From Tricharina praecox (Eukaryota): a DNA stretch of 64,000 bases. Position numbers and translations under genes: made by a program. Location: NCBI RefSeq assembly GCF_024521635.1, contig NW_026250430.1:62001-126000 (forward strand), in the 5' to 3' direction. This document shows positions 46,452-59,913 of the stretch, in pieces. The notes beneath the pieces are model-generated. The model worked only from the letters and a program-made list of their open reading frames with translations, was not told where the DNA came from and made no database searches. Numbering within the stretch: position 1 is the stretch's first letter; each line of letters starts with the position of its first letter.

Positions 46452-49423
46452 ATGGTGGGGCACAATACGCTGCCAAAGCTCGGTAAATGGCGATCGGGGA
46501 CGTAGAACCAAACGGGCGCGCTGACGCAATATTGTTTTGCCTTTTGCTGTTATATAGAAGCCGCCAATGCGTTCCGCCACGGCCTGTTCCAGTGCTTTTT
46601 CGAGCCCGACCCGGCGATCCGACGCGAGGCCCTCAAAACTATTGGCCATGTCGTCGAGTTCTGGTCTCATTCGTGGCTCGAGTACCATTGCAAGACTCCC
46701 ATATCGCCGACGACCCGCACCGGAAGACCCCCCATCGCGAGACATTCCAGTAGTGGCTCGGGCTTCTCGAATCCTGCCGGGAATATACTGCGCAGGGATT
46801 CGACGTTGATGCAGTTCGACGACCTGTTTGGTGTGGATGGCGACGATGTGTTCAACAATGGCGGCGGCGGCCCGAGACGGAAAGATTCAATGCCTGGGGA
46901 TACGCCCGATAGAGACGAGCCTGGGTGGTCGATGTTTGGCGGGGAATGCGCGATATCACTCTCGGATACTTCCAGTTTTCCCGCGGACCAGGAGTTTAGA
47001 TTTTCCAATAGGGGACTGGGAACCATCGATTTCTCGGTGGCCGATGTGAGCTGGGCGGGAAAGGTCGTTGCCGACGAAAACTGGGGAGTCGAGCAGATGA
47101 GGGTCAATCTGGAAGATTACTTCACCTGGTTACTCCGGTTTTCTGTCGATTGCGTCTACAAGGATGTTAGGAAAGGGTGCCAGGCAATCCTGCAGCGAGC
47201 AGAGGTGACTACTACCTTTTCTATCTACAAAATAACGTTTGAAGCTTGTTGTCTAACAGCTAATAGAAATCAGGAGCCCAGTTACCCATCATTCCACAAA
47301 CCGGGCCGTCGGTGTTTGTGCCTCTCTGTGATACCATAGGACTGGACTATCCCGAGCCGGCTGGCACACCAACGGCTACTCCGTCCGAGAAGTCCCCCAG
47401 TCCACTAGACACGCCTTCGGACGAGGATGATGACGGAAATATTTCCTCTAGAGATTCGTTCCCGGTGGGAATCATGATTCCAGATAGGCAACGATCACGG
47501 TCCAAGGGAAGGATGCCCATCGCTAGTAGTATTGGGAGAACAACAAGGCGTGCTGCAGCATCCTTGATCTCTTCACTTTTCCAAACGCCTCCCTCGCCCG
47601 GCGCTGGTGGGAAGTTCAAACGCCGCACCAATGGGCGGAGAACAGTGCCGAAATATTTCCCCAAAGCGAAGGAGCCGAGTGATGAGGTCAGGGCATTGCA
47701 GATGCAGACGTACGCACGCACTGGTAGGTCTCTTACGCCCTCTTGTGGTTCCGGCTTCTGTCTAATCATCATCTGCAGGCCGTATCAACAACTTCAACAA
47801 GGTGCTATTTCAGTTTCCGAAATTCGCCGAGATCAACCGTCGGGTCACCGACCTTTTCCTCTCGGATGATTCGATGGATGGCCCGCTGCCACAGACTTGG
47901 AGGATATATTTGGGTGTAATGGCGGCGGCTGAGAAGAGATGCCAATACTTTCAGAACCTACTGTCGGAAAAGCTGTTGACAGTTGGCGGTCCCGTTGAGT
48001 GGCTCAAGGGGATTCAGTATTGTCCTACCAAGCTGCAGAGAATCGCCAATCTTAACAAATCACGTACGTCTTCTGGCCCGGGAGCTGTCTGAAAGTGTGT
48101 GTGAAAGCTAACATCCAGTCAGTTGCGCACGTCCCTTGGACTATATCCTCCGACGATATATCTTACCTCGTACACAGTGACAACGGATTGGAGTCCCGAT
48201 GGAGCGTTTCTGAAGTCGTTGAAGCGATCTTGGTGCTTTCGTTTTACCACGGGAAGTCTGCATTGGCTCTTGCATGGGGTGTTCTGCCAGAGGCCGATCT
48301 ACTTGGTGGAACTGTCAAAACCAGTACTCCTGTGGCTCCGTTCGGTAGTTTCGCGCCATCCGCCTCTCTGTCTACAGATCTTGCAAGCGAGCCCACGCGC
48401 TACCCGAAAACTCTATCCGAATCGGTGACGAAAGGAGGCGACGGGAGTTTTCTGGGAATGGTCGGGAGAAAACGGGTCACGAAAGCTGTCCAGAACGATA
48501 CCGTACCCGAGAGATGGAGGACATTATCGAATGGGTCTGCGTCGGCCTCGCCGATGGCGGTGTATTCTTCACCGTCGCCGAGGATCCTTCAGTCTCTGGA
48601 ACCCAACGATGCTGATGACTCCAGACGCACCAGGACCCGGACTTTCAAGCGGCGGAAATCCTTCGACGAGTGCGGCACAAGCGATGAACTTCCTAGTGTC
48701 AGCGCCGCCTCCCTCTCATCCTCAGCTCCGAACTCAAACTCATTCCTTGTGTACTCAGCAATGTCGGGAGGAAAGCCATTATCGATGCTGAAGGATCACA
48801 TCCTCTCCCCCTCAAGCTCAACTAGCTCCATCTTCGACCTAGCACTAGCAAGCATAGGCGAGCAAGCGAACATGATCGCCGACGACCACTCCAAATTCCT
48901 CAGCGAAGAGCGACTAACCGCCGAGCAACTGGACCCAAACCGCAACGATTACGAAGTCCTCTCGATGGAGGAGTTCTCTTGGGACAACGCCAGCTGCATC
49001 TTCGGCTCCTACCTCGACAGTTGCGTCGACCTGCTGGACGATTACTTCCGGCAAGCAATGGATGCCGACAGCTCAGACGACGGCCTCTTCGAGTCGCCGC
49101 CCGCACCCTCTCCCACCCCCATCCCCATCTCCAACAACACCCGCTCCGTCAACGAGGCAGCGTGGTACTATAGCTTGCGCCTGGTAAACATTCAGAAAGA
49201 CGACTTCAGGTACTCGGACATCAAGCTGGCCCTCGAGAACCCTACCAGGAGGTATCTGAAGCGCATCTGTATCCAGCCGGAGCTGGTCAGTGCCGCGGAC
49301 TGGATCGGTGTCCAGGGAATGAATACCGAAGAGAAGTGTAGGATGGGTCTGCTGGTCACGCAGGCTAGGTTTCTGGGTGAGATGCTGTGGGGCGTCAAGG
49401 CGGTTAGTGATTTTTTGTGTTAG
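46452..49423 (+). CDS. Sestrin (PA26 family) homolog, 906 aa
   Basis: Exons 46452-46482, 46558-47204, 47267-47723, 47779-48063 and 48123-49423 total 2721 nt in frame. Motifs: GPSVFVP, TGRINNF, DGPLPQTWRIYLGVMAAAEKRCQYF, GGPVEWLKGI...KLQRIANLNKSLAHVPW, WSVSEVVEAI, FSWDN, AAWYY...KDDFRY and EEKCRMGLLVTQAR...WGVKAV. Confidence 0.9.
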
Positions 49424-49919
49424 TCTGTTAGAGCGCGGTTTTGCGGCGTTGGAATTGGCAGGGTGGTATATATTCGGAGTCGGAGTCGGGTGTAAATGTT
49501 TGCTACTGCGCGATGGTGAATGGTGCCTAATTCCTTACCTGTACTTCTTCTCTACGATGGATTATGTACCTGTATGATACGCAGGCATTATTGCACACGA
49601 ATGTCTTGACTACCGTATCAGGAGTCTGCTGCGGTTGATGATACAGACGCGACTGATGTGATGATTCGATGTAAGCGCTGTGGCTTCAACCAGCGTAACC
49701 ACAGCAACTGGATACTCAATCGACGCGACAACAACAAACAGGTCCGATGAAACTCTCTACGTCCTCGCGCTCGAACCCCTTCCCCACTACCACTACCACC
49801 ACCAATAACCATTATCACCTCCGGCTGGCACAACCACCACCATCACCCATCACCACCATCATCATCACCATCACCACCGGCACGACCTTAACGACACCCC
49901 TCCAACGAAGACGGCGACA

Positions 49920-51170
49920 ATGTCGCACTACCACGCCCCTTCGACCTCGCGGCACCAGCCTCTCCTCCCCGAATTCTCCGACCCGGACTTTTCGCCCACC
50001 GCACGCTTCAACCCCAAAGCCGTAACGCAAGCCTTTCAAGCGGCGCGCAATGCCGCACCCAAACCCGCGCAGCACGGCCCGTTCATCAATCTCGATGCCA
50101 GCAACAGCACGCTTTTACCACGGCCGGCGCTGCGCGAAGGCGCCTGCCCGGTGTCCAAAAAGCTGATCACTATCGCGCGCTACGTCAGCATCTTCCTGCG
50201 GCTTCTGCAGCTGCTCGGCGCAATGGGGCTCCTAGTGTGCCTCCTGTTCATCCGCGAGATCGAGTTCGCCACCGGCTGGATCTGCCGCGTGCCCCCCGCC
50301 GTCGCAGTCGTCCACCTCATATACGCCCTCTACCACCTCACCGGCTCCTACCGTCTCAAGACCCCCGGCAGCTCAAAAGTCTACTTCCTCCTGGCCTCGG
50401 CGCTCGACGTCGCCCTGATCAGCTTGTACACGTACATCGGCATCCTATCGTGGCGGCAGCACGCCGCCGGCGCGGACCGCAGCTGGTCGACGATCTTCCA
50501 CGAGCCGTCGGGGGCGGACGCGACGATCGTATTCAGCGTGTTCCTGCTGGTGTGCTGTAGCGGCGGGCTGAAAGCGCTCACGCTCGGGCTCTCACTGTAC
50601 CTAATCCACTGTTTCCGGCAACTGGAGGTGTTGCCACCAGACCACAACCCGTTCGTGGCGGACGAGGACCCGCGGCTCGCAGTAAACGAGAAATCGCAGC
50701 GATGGAGCACCAGCACCCGCGAGTCGGAGGCTCCGCTCGGCCGCAAAGTCCCCTTCGCCGCTACCCGTGCTGCACCGAACAAACATACCTACCAGACGCT
50801 GGATATCGACAGCATCGACTTTGGCGAGAGCCGCGCGCGGAAGGAGGTGCTGGGCGCGGGGTACGGGCAGGCCGAGCAGCGCGAGGAGGATCGCCCCGAA
50901 TCCCCCGCTTCCTCAACCACCGCTCCGAGCCTGAAACGCGGATCGAGAGTCGTCAGGCCATTGTCGATCTCGAGCATGCCGGGAAAACCAATGGGGCTCA
51001 AGAAGAATGCTTATATACCCCCGCCGCCGTCGGACGATGAGGGAGACGTTAGTGTCCCCATTGGCGGTTGGGCTGGCACAGGCGGATCCGGCGTGCAGGG
51101 TTATAGTAAGGCTGCGCTCTTGCAGAAGCCCGAGGCCAGGCTGAGGACTGTGTCGGGGGAGGCGCATTGA
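49920..51170 (+). CDS. Fungal 4-TM integral membrane protein (MARVEL-like topology), 416 aa
   Basis: Single ORF with four hydrophobic segments (FLRLLQLLGAMGLLVCLLFI; VPPAVAVVHLIYALY; YFLLASALDVALISLYTYIGIL; IVFSVFLLVCCSGGLKALTLGLSLYL), followed by LPPDHNPF and a disordered tail. Confidence 0.8.
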   Translation: MSHYHAPSTSRHQPLLPEFSDPDFSPTARFNPKAVTQAFQAARNAAPKPAQHGPFINLDASNSTLLPRPALREGACPVSKKLITIARYVSIFLRLLQLLGAMGLLVCLLFIREIEFATGWICRVPPAVAVVHLIYALYHLTGSYRLKTPGSSKVYFLLASALDVALISLYTYIGILSWRQHAAGADRSWSTIFHEPSGADATIVFSVFLLVCCSGGLKALTLGLSLYLIHCFRQLEVLPPDHNPFVADEDPRLAVNEKSQRWSTSTRESEAPLGRKVPFAATRAAPNKHTYQTLDIDSIDFGESRARKEVLGAGYGQAEQREEDRPESPASSTTAPSLKRGSRVVRPLSISSMPGKPMGLKKNAYIPPPPSDDEGDVSVPIGGWAGTGGSGVQGYSKAALLQKPEARLRTVSGEAH

Positions 51171-51524
51171 TGTTACGTGGTCTAATAGGTCCTGTTCTGT
51201 CTAATGATTGTATGAGAGTGTGTGTGTACTTGTGTGCTTGAATCTCATTTTTTGTGTCCGCACAGTGGGATCTGTTTTTTTACTTACGGGCTATGATCGA
51301 TCGATACCATTGGAGTTTTCTCATGTATGCTACTATGCTTTGGTTTTGGGGGCGCGGATTGGGGATTGGGGGGTTGTATGTACACGTAGGGGTTGGATAT
51401 GGGTATGGGTGTGTGTGAATGGCATGAAATGATGGGTAATACGATAAGGCAACATGGCTAAGAACTAAGATCGGAAGTGATATGGTGATATGGTGATGTT
51501 ATCTCTCGCTGGACGATAGATGGC

Positions 51525-51625
51525 GGATGATGGATGATGGATGATGGATGATGGATGATGGATGATGGATGATGGATGATGGATGATGGATGATGGATGA
51601 TGGATGATGGATGATGGATGATGGA
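51525..51625. repeat. Perfect heptanucleotide microsatellite (GGATGAT) x~14
   Basis: Direct tandem repeat. Confidence 0.97.
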
Positions 51626-53843
51626 GCGCACCAAGGAAAGAAGCGTCCCATGGGAAAGAAGTGCCCCATGAGAGACCTATCTACCGGTAGGTAAATTGGT
51701 TCAACCATCGCCTGCCTGCAGTCCACGCCCTTCACCTCTACCTCCCCTGTCTAGACTATATCAAACCCACCAAGAGAACTCCATTCCTGCGCCATCGAGC
51801 CTGGATCTAAGGTGATGAATACCAGCATCCAACCGAATAGATTTCGCTATCGAGTGACACATCATGAAGCAATGACGGCCTCATCATTCATGTCAGTAGA
51901 GTAGGGAAGAGTAGAGTAGGCACGAGTGACGAGACCGAAGAGTGTGGCATCTGGAATCGATGCGGACCTTGTGGTCTCAGAGCCTGCATTAGGTAAGTAC
52001 TTAGTCTTGAGCGTTGGCAGTCGCAACTTCCAGTTCCCATCGTTATCCCGAGGGCCTGTGTGAATGAAGAAGGGAGTTCTTGCTCGATACGTGCAGTGGA
52101 TTGTTCGGACCGTTCGGAGTTCCAAGGTTCCGGCGCTGTGGGTCTCACGAACTACGGCTTTCACAGACGATCTACAGACTCTGCGTCAGGCCATGCGGGA
52201 ATCGGGACGTTGGATTTCGTCCGACAAGAGCAGTGAAGTCACCACACTCATGTCACTCATGCGTGGCAACGTGGAATCTTACTCGAAAGATGCACAACTT
52301 GAACGTGTGTTTTGGATTGGCTGGTGGTGTAAGCACTGGGCATCAATATTACAGGTAGGTACTGACTGTTGCCGTCGTCACTACAATGCTGCCGGTACCG
52401 TATGATAAATGTTACCCCCGCCTCCCCTCCTTGTCATGTAGGTATTGTACAGTACAAATACTTCGGAGGAGGCGCTATTCTACCGTACTCTGGAGTAAGT
52501 ATCGAGCGATTCCCCACCATTGTCCACCCCAGCACCGAGCATGCAAATACCTACCAACCTGCACGCAGGGTCAAGAATCAAGAAGGCGGAGCACACGATA
52601 TCACTTGCAATACCTACTTTCGGTGTATCCAATCACCGGTTACACGAATCTCGGCAAGCATGTGCATGTGTCACGCTTTCGGCGACGCGAGCACGAGTGA
52701 TCGCTATGTACTCTCTATGGATAGAGTAGAGCATCCTCGCCACCGGAATGCGCGGAAGAGACTGGTCCGCGGCAAAGGATTGCCCGATTGCGAAACCTCC
52801 AACAATTAAGAAAAATAAAAAAGAAAGAAAGTAAAAGAAAGAAAAAGAAAGACAAAAAAGAAAGAGACACCGGATATTACTATTACTATTGTGTGCAATA
52901 CATATTCCCGTCGCCGTGGCCACTGGCCACAGTACACAACGTTAACGGCTGGTGTCACTGTGTCACTGTTATGTGCATACGGCGGGCGCCGTCGGGTGCA
53001 CGCTGCGCCCTTGCATACGGTGCGGTACGGTAATCGCGATACGGTACACCGATGACTTCAACGTCGAGTGTCACTGCTGCTACGAGGAATTTTCTTTGTC
53101 TTCTTCGTCCTGCGCCGGACTTCATCTGGAGTCGCGAGTTCCATGCAGCTTCAGCTTGACATCTTCACGCGCGCAGGAAGACAGGCGAAGGAAAGGCAGC
53201 CAAGACTGTCAACAGTCACGATGGGTCAAAGAAAGGGACTAAAATTGGGGTCGGGCTACTCTCGAAGGGGCAAGACAGCTGCTTGGACAGGCTGTTGACA
53301 ACTTGACAAGGAGTAAACGAGACCGAAGGACATGGGCCACCTTCCATCCCTGGAACATCAGCGCAAAGAGTAGGTTGGCCTTCGACTCCGAGCGAGAGAG
53401 CGAGCTCACCCCACACATGGAAATTGGGGACAAGAATGCTAGCTTGATGGGGTGCGCAGTTAGGAGGGAGGAGACATTTGCTAGTTAGTACAGTGGTGCC
53501 GCTGACACCCGGCCCGGTCACTCCCAGCGCCCACCCTCTCTCCCCCTCATTGCCCCTTCCTTGATTTCCTTACATTAGAGTACCTTCTCGTCCCTTCTTT
53601 GATTCTCTGATCTGACCGTTCGTTCGTTCATCCATCCACGATAAAGAACCTTGTTCACTCGCTCACAAGTTCTTCTTCATCATCACTCGTCGGGCAGCTG
53701 CTGCTGATGTTTTGTGCGTAACCAAACCAGCCAGCATTTTTTTTCTCGGTCAAACCAATTTCCGGATCTATATTCTGGACTCGCTTTTTTTCTTCTTCTC
53801 CACATTACATAAACTCACTCCAGGCGGCGATCACTCGCAAGCG

Positions 53844-55291
53844 ATGGTGCAACTATTGAAGGCGGCGTTCGTCGGCGCTGCCGTGCTCGCTACAGCGGCA
53901 TATGCACAGATAACCATGGACTGCGGTGCCAACCTGGGAAAGTGTCCCGAGTCGAAGCCGTGTTGTTCGCGTACGCCTCTCCCGTCATTCCGGTTCTCTA
54001 CATGGTCTGTGTGCGGCGTCACTAACATTGTTTATGGGTAGAATATGGCCAGTGCGGCATCGGCGCCTTCTGTCTGGGCGGATGCGACCCCAAGTTCTCG
54101 AACCAGCTCGAGTCCTGCGTCGCGGCGCCAATCTGCCAGTCCAAGAAGCACACCTTTGACGGGCTGACGCGAGTGGCGGACAAAACCAAGTATCTGGGCG
54201 ATGCCTCGCGGTACGACTGGGTTGCCGACGGAAACCCGATGAATTCCGACGACGGCGACCTGCTGTTGACGATGGCGGCAAAGACGGTCGGCACGGTCAT
54301 GGCCAGCACCAGATATGTTTGGTACGGAAATATCAAGGCCACCATGAAGACCTCAAGGGGCGCCGGCGTCGTCTCGGCGTTCATTATGATGAGCGATATG
54401 AAGGACGAGATCGATTTCGAGTGGATCGGTGTCGACCTCGATGTTACCCAGACCAACTACTATTTCCAGGGAATCCCCGATTGTTAGTGCTCTCACACCC
54501 CCGTCCGTCTCGTGATATCTGATGAGACTAACTTCCCCCCGACAGACACCCACGGCGGCAACATTTCGACCTCTGCCACCTTCGACGAATGGCACACGTA
54601 CGAAGTCGACTGGACGGAGGACTCGATCACGTGGAAAGTCGACGGGGAGACCGGGCGCACGCTGAAGAAATCCGACACGTACAACGCGACCAGCAAGCAA
54701 TACGACTTCCCGCAGACACCATCTCGCGTGCAGCTCTCCTTGTGGCCCGGCGGCCTCGCCACCAACGACATCGGCACGATCAACTGGGCCGGCGGCGAAA
54801 TCGACTGGACCAATTCGGCGGACATGAAGGACCCTGGGTACTACTACGTGCAAGTGAAAGACGTAGTCGTGTCCTGCTACGACCCTCCATCAGGCACCAC
54901 CAAGAAGGGCAGCAAGTCGTACTACTACTCCGACGCCGCAGGCCTGCAGAAGAACGTCGTGATCGGCGACAAGAGCACCGTGCTCAAGTCCTTCCTCGCG
55001 TCCGGCACCGACATGGACGCGGCCGCGCCCTCGTCCAGCGCCGGCCTCGAGGGCATCGAGACGGTGCCCGGCCTTGCTGGCGCCGGCACCGGCGCCGGAA
55101 ATCGCGCTACCCCGAGTGGAACTACTGGCACCACCGAGGATACTGAGGACCAGGGCGTCGCCGCTGCTACCGGCAAAAACGTCTTCTCCCAGGGAAACAC
55201 GAATGATGCTGCCGCTCCCGCTAATGCATTGGCCCTGAGGGGGAGCATGGTCGCCCTGCTCGTGGCGTTGGTCGGGATTGTGGCGTTGTAA
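53844..55291 (+). CDS. UTR2: GPI-anchored GH16 chitin transglycosylase (Crh2/Utr2 type) with N-terminal CBM18-like domain, 437 aa
   Basis: Exons 53844-53970, 54042-54482 and 54546-55291 join in frame. Signal peptide, CPESKPCCSQYGQCGIGAFCLGGCDP, catalytic DEIDFEW, WHTYEVDWT, PQTPSRVQLSLWPGG and a hydrophobic GPI signal. Confidence 0.93.
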
Positions 55292-56043
55292 ACGCTGATT
55301 CGCGCTTCAGCTGCGATTGTTGGCATATTTACTTACGCACCGCCTGTCGTTGGGCTTGTGTCCCCACTCTGCCCTACCCTGGGCTGGCTGGCGGCTTCTG
55401 TTCTGTTCTGTTCTTGCCAGTCGTTCACTTTCTGTCTGTTTTCTTTTTCTTCTACTTTCGTTTTTGTTTCTTGTTTTTTGTTTTTGTGTTTTATGGCGTC
55501 GTCACTCCCTTTTTCCTTGGGGTAAGTAATGAACGCTCGCTCGTGTGGCACACGAGGACGAGGAGGGAATTAGGAGGAGGAGAATTAGTGGTGAGAATTA
55601 GTGGTGAGAATTAGTGGGTGAGGACAGAGGGAAAGGGGGAACAGTTGTGTGTGGGGAGTTGTGGAGTAAAGCCTTTTTTTCTGTTGTCTTTGTGTATTGT
55701 AAGTACCTAGGGAGGCCATCTATTGGCGGATTGGAAATGGATAATGTTTTTCAAAGTGAGAGTGAGACATGAGACATTGAAGCGATGAGACAGACCAGAC
55801 CAGACAGACAGGCAGACATGGGACAGATATGGGAATGAGATGAGATGACTGCAGTCTGCGTGCAAGGCAAGGAAAGAAACGAAAGAAACGAAACGAAAGA
55901 AACGGAAAGCCGAGCTTTTATGTATAGTATTCGTAATTCGTGGGTATAATATAAATAATAAAACACAGCCGTAACCTCATCATACATGATCATCTTGCAG
56001 GTAGTTCGTTCAGTTCATAAGTATACATCACACATCACACCCC

Positions 56044-57511
56044 TCACGGCCCACGACTCGCCGGCCTCGTCCCCGCGCCAGCAGCGCCCACACTCCTCCT
56101 CCTCCCTGGAGCGCGGGGCATAGCGGGCGGCGGGGGCGCAGGGACCTGCTGCAAGCGCGGCAAGCTCTCTCGTGGAAAACTAAGTCTGTAGGGCTCTCCC
56201 TTGCGCTTGCTATAGACCTTTCCCGTGGCGAGGGAGTTGCACAAGACGAAGTGGGCGAGATCGGGGTCTTTCCAGCACAGCAGGACGAACCACCTGCACC
56301 AGCCATTGCGGGTGAGCGCTGGCGCGCGCGGCGTGGTGTCTAGGTGGTCGGCCGCCCACGGCTTCGCCCGCGCCGCGATCGCGTCCGCACTGTTCGATAC
56401 CAGGTGGAATTCGCACCCCGCCCGTGTGAACTCGCGTGTTAGACTGTCATCGTCCGCGGAGCGGAAGAGGTTGTCGCTCGAGGAGACGCCGACGCTGCTG
56501 TAGAAGGCGGAGAGCGATGATGGCTCGAGAAGCGAGGTGTGCCGTGGTGGGAACGTGCTGTCGATATAGTTGAAGACGGCGTCGATTAGTTTTTCGAGGA
56601 GCGCGGTGGGTTGCATATCGCCCCCCATTAGGATCGGCGCCGTGGCGATGTGCGAGGTTATCACGTTTACCGAGTGAGAGACCCGGTGGCGTAGTGTCGT
56701 TTCGCCGAGGATTAGGCAGTCGAGGCATTGGTCACTACGGTTCGATTGTGAGCAGACTGGAGAGAGGTGAAGCAGATGGGAGTTATTTACTAGTTCTGCA
56801 AAATCGTTAGTGAGTCATCGAGTGAGATATGATTACCGAGGGGGAGGAGGAGAAGTTACTTTGCATTCAACACATCTTGCCCGCGGCTCCCGCGTCAAGT
56901 CCTTATGGCAGCAATCGCAAAAGTACTCCGGCACGCGCCCATGGTGACGATGCATCTTCGGGTAGTCTCTTGGCCGCAGCGTCTGCTGCCGATGGCCTAA
57001 CCTGTGGTTCCCCGGGGCGGTCTGTGTGGCATCAGCAGCTACATCCCACCATTTCACCTCACCATTTCACTCCGCCTAGACTACACACCTTTTCAAAATT
57101 GTAACATTGACTACAAACCAAATGACGACACTCCAAGCACTCGACCCTCGGCCGTCCCGACAGGGCTGTCCCACAGACATCGCAATTAAACGCGCGCGTG
57201 GTAGCATCCGCCACTGGTGGCATCCTAACATTCGCCAGATCCGCCAAAAATGCCGCGCTCTCTTCGCCGCGGGCGGGGTTTAGGTTCGAGTGTCCGTGGG
57301 GTGGCGGCGGGTGGTACGCAGGGAAAGTCCCCGCCGGCGTCGACATCCGACTTCCGCCAGCTCCGCCACCGCCGCCGGGTGTCGCTGAGCGTCCGGCTGC
57401 TGCTGCGGCTGGCGTCGAGGACCGTACTCCCGCCGCGCCGGGAGTACCGGATCGCCGGTTGGGGTTACTGGGCCCTGGAGTTGCTCCGGGCGCGCTGAGG
57501 TATTCGAACAT
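56044..57511 (-). CDS. Protein with two ZZ-type zinc fingers and a fungal C-terminal helical domain, 426 aa
   Basis: Exons 57511-57089, 57021-56860, 56795-56791 (5-nt microexon) and 56734-56044 total 1281 nt. Fingers: CDVC...CLEC..LVCSQC...H...H and CDCC...CVECKNYDQCLDC...H...H. The C-terminus has PALTRNGWCRWFVLLCWKDPD. Confidence 0.85.
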
Positions 57512-59913
57512 CCTCCTCCTGGTCCGTCGGCTAAAGCGTGTAGTGGTTGTAGTGGAGGTGGTGGTTGTAGTGGTTGTAGTGGTTGTAGTGGTGGTGGGGT
57601 GGGTGAGAATTCGAAAAAGCAGATATCTATCGTGTGAGACCTATTGCTTCGCGATCAGGCAGCGTGTGTTCGCATAAGAAAAAACACAATGGGAGGTCGG
57701 GGAGGGGGGGTAAGTTGGGAGGTCGGGGTGGGTGGGGAGGGACCACCGGTGCTAGCTGGTCTTCTTATCGTTCGGTGGTCAAATGATTCTTCTTCCATAC
57801 CGGGGCTTGCTATAGGTGCTTGTTCGGTGAAGTTGGCCTGGGGTGGGGATGGGATGGATGCCTTGCTTTGCCCTCCATGGTAGCCTGGCAGAGTCACACA
57901 GAGCTGGTGCATCGATATGAATGCTAGTATGCGGGGCGAGCAATTGGAGTACTCGGGAGTACGGAGGGTGGCGTATGCATCGTAATGGGTGCGAGTCCCG
58001 GATCTCTAGGGAACGTCGATCGTTGACGAGGTCGCGAAAGGACAACAACGATAGCCGCGCGAGATGTCCATTTCCTTGCCGCGAACTGCTATTTGGTCGC
58101 CAGAACTCGCTTGTTGCGAATGCCAGTCCAGCGGATAACGCTTCGTCGGGTCTAGGTTTCATGGCAAGGAATGTTATCCCGAGAGCAATCCAACTAACGT
58201 AGTACATACGAAGGCTCGAGACTCATCGGTAGCGAGGCAGTCTCTGTAGACGTATGTACGGTATGTGAGTACATACTCAACCACGTCACACTCGGCCGCC
58301 ACCTTTTTTCTTCGTACTGGAGTTTCTGCGGTATGGATTGCGGGTCGTGGACGAATAGCAAACGAAGCCTTAAAGTGTCCGGAATGCTAGGCGAACGCGG
58401 CCACCGAGACAACCCTGCCCGTAGGAGGCAACCGGTCTCCATGGTTTTCACGATCGTCCGTATATCCACATCGTCGCAATCACGAAGAACATCCTCCATT
58501 GGCAAACTCTGGCCCAGCAGTCGCCTGAAGTCCGAACACTTCTAAGCCCTTCAGCTTCACCTGGAGGCATCCGCTGTTTCCTATGGTGTTCGCCATCGCC
58601 TCCAACCTTAAGGGAAGGCCTCCAAGCTTTCGCCCCTTGAGACTGATTGAAGTGGGTATTCGCTGTACTCCAGTAAAAACCTACGGGGATATCGCTGACG
58701 GCGAACGGTCTGCTCGCGAGTGATCCCGCTTGTGTGATGCTCATCGGATCTTACTGGCTGGGGATACACGAAGGAGAAGAAGGAAATGAAAGTTGGCAGC
58801 TCCACCACATCCTAAAACGTGATCTCATCTTGAATAAGTACATAACTTGCGCCTATATACCAGCGTATCAACGTCAATTGACCTCTTTCTCGCCCCGAAC
58901 GATATAAACCATGACCTCATCGACACCAACATGCGCCAGTTGCTCGTAGCTCCGCAATCGGCTCGGTAGCTTGCGGGACGAACGAGACCAGTAGCAGGCT
59001 AGCAGCAGGCCTATGCCGGGGAGTCAGAAATCAGGAGCTCACGACCACGTGGTACAAATGCTGAACGGAGACTCAGCATGGAATTCGAATCGCTCCATCG
59101 AATTGTGGCATCGGGCGCTCTTAGATTGTAGAGGGGGAAGCGTCGGAGAAAGCGTTATGGGAAGGAAAGGAAGACAAGAGAAAAGTGAAGGTGCCGACAA
59201 AGGAATCATTAAAGAAGGCGGATGCAGCGGGAAAGGCCGTGAAACTGATGGGAGAACGGCAAACAGAGACAGGCCAAGCATTGTCTGAAGCAGAACAGAA
59301 GGATCCAGAGCTAGCGGTAGCTGTAGCTGAGCTCCTCATCACCTCGCAACAATCGTGCTGGCGCCCTCGAGAAGAACGGCGGGACTCTCAAGGAGAAATC
59401 GCCGCCATGTTTGAAACTAAGATGTTCCATCGCCTCGAATGGATACCATTCGATGCCGATTCCATTGCCCTCTGCTCCAACAAAGCGTTGGCACTTAGCA
59501 TCCTCCGGCATCTGTGGCTTTGAAGGTTCATGGGATTATTTCTCTATGTTACCGACTCCGATATCCTCATTATCCCCCCATACTCGAGCTGGCAAAAGCT
59601 TGGTGTAATAATCAATTCCACGAGTAGTTGACACAACCTAAACAACCGGCCAGAACATTGGGCAAGTCCAACCAGCCTGTGTAACGCCGTTAGAACTCAC
59701 TGGCGGCCTGTGGATACACCAGACACATGAGAAAGCTCCCACCTTGCAGTTCACCATCACCCCGCATCCCCATTGTACACAACAACGAGTCAACGACCAT
59801 TTCTCGTTCAAAGTCCCTACCCAACCAACGTATCACGTATATACATAACGACAGCTTTCGCCCTCAAGCTCACCTCTCCTTCACGCTCGTCCCGAACGAT
59901 ACTATATAAACCC

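Noticed and set aside
46487..46809. uORFs 46487..46753 and 46567..46809 (TGATG stop/start overlap) ahead of a sestrin starting at 46809
   Set aside because: The sestrin frame stays open upstream to an acceptor at 46557 and splices to an ATG at 46452, so these ORFs are alternate frames over the real intron and exon.
51862..52405. Short ORFs with a GTAAGT donor near 51993
   Set aside because: No recognisable motif and no convincing gene model.
57779..59523. Protein-like ORF fragments (58744-57779 on minus, 59185-59523 on plus)
   Set aside because: Possibly decayed genes, but I could not recognise a family or build a consistent spliced model.
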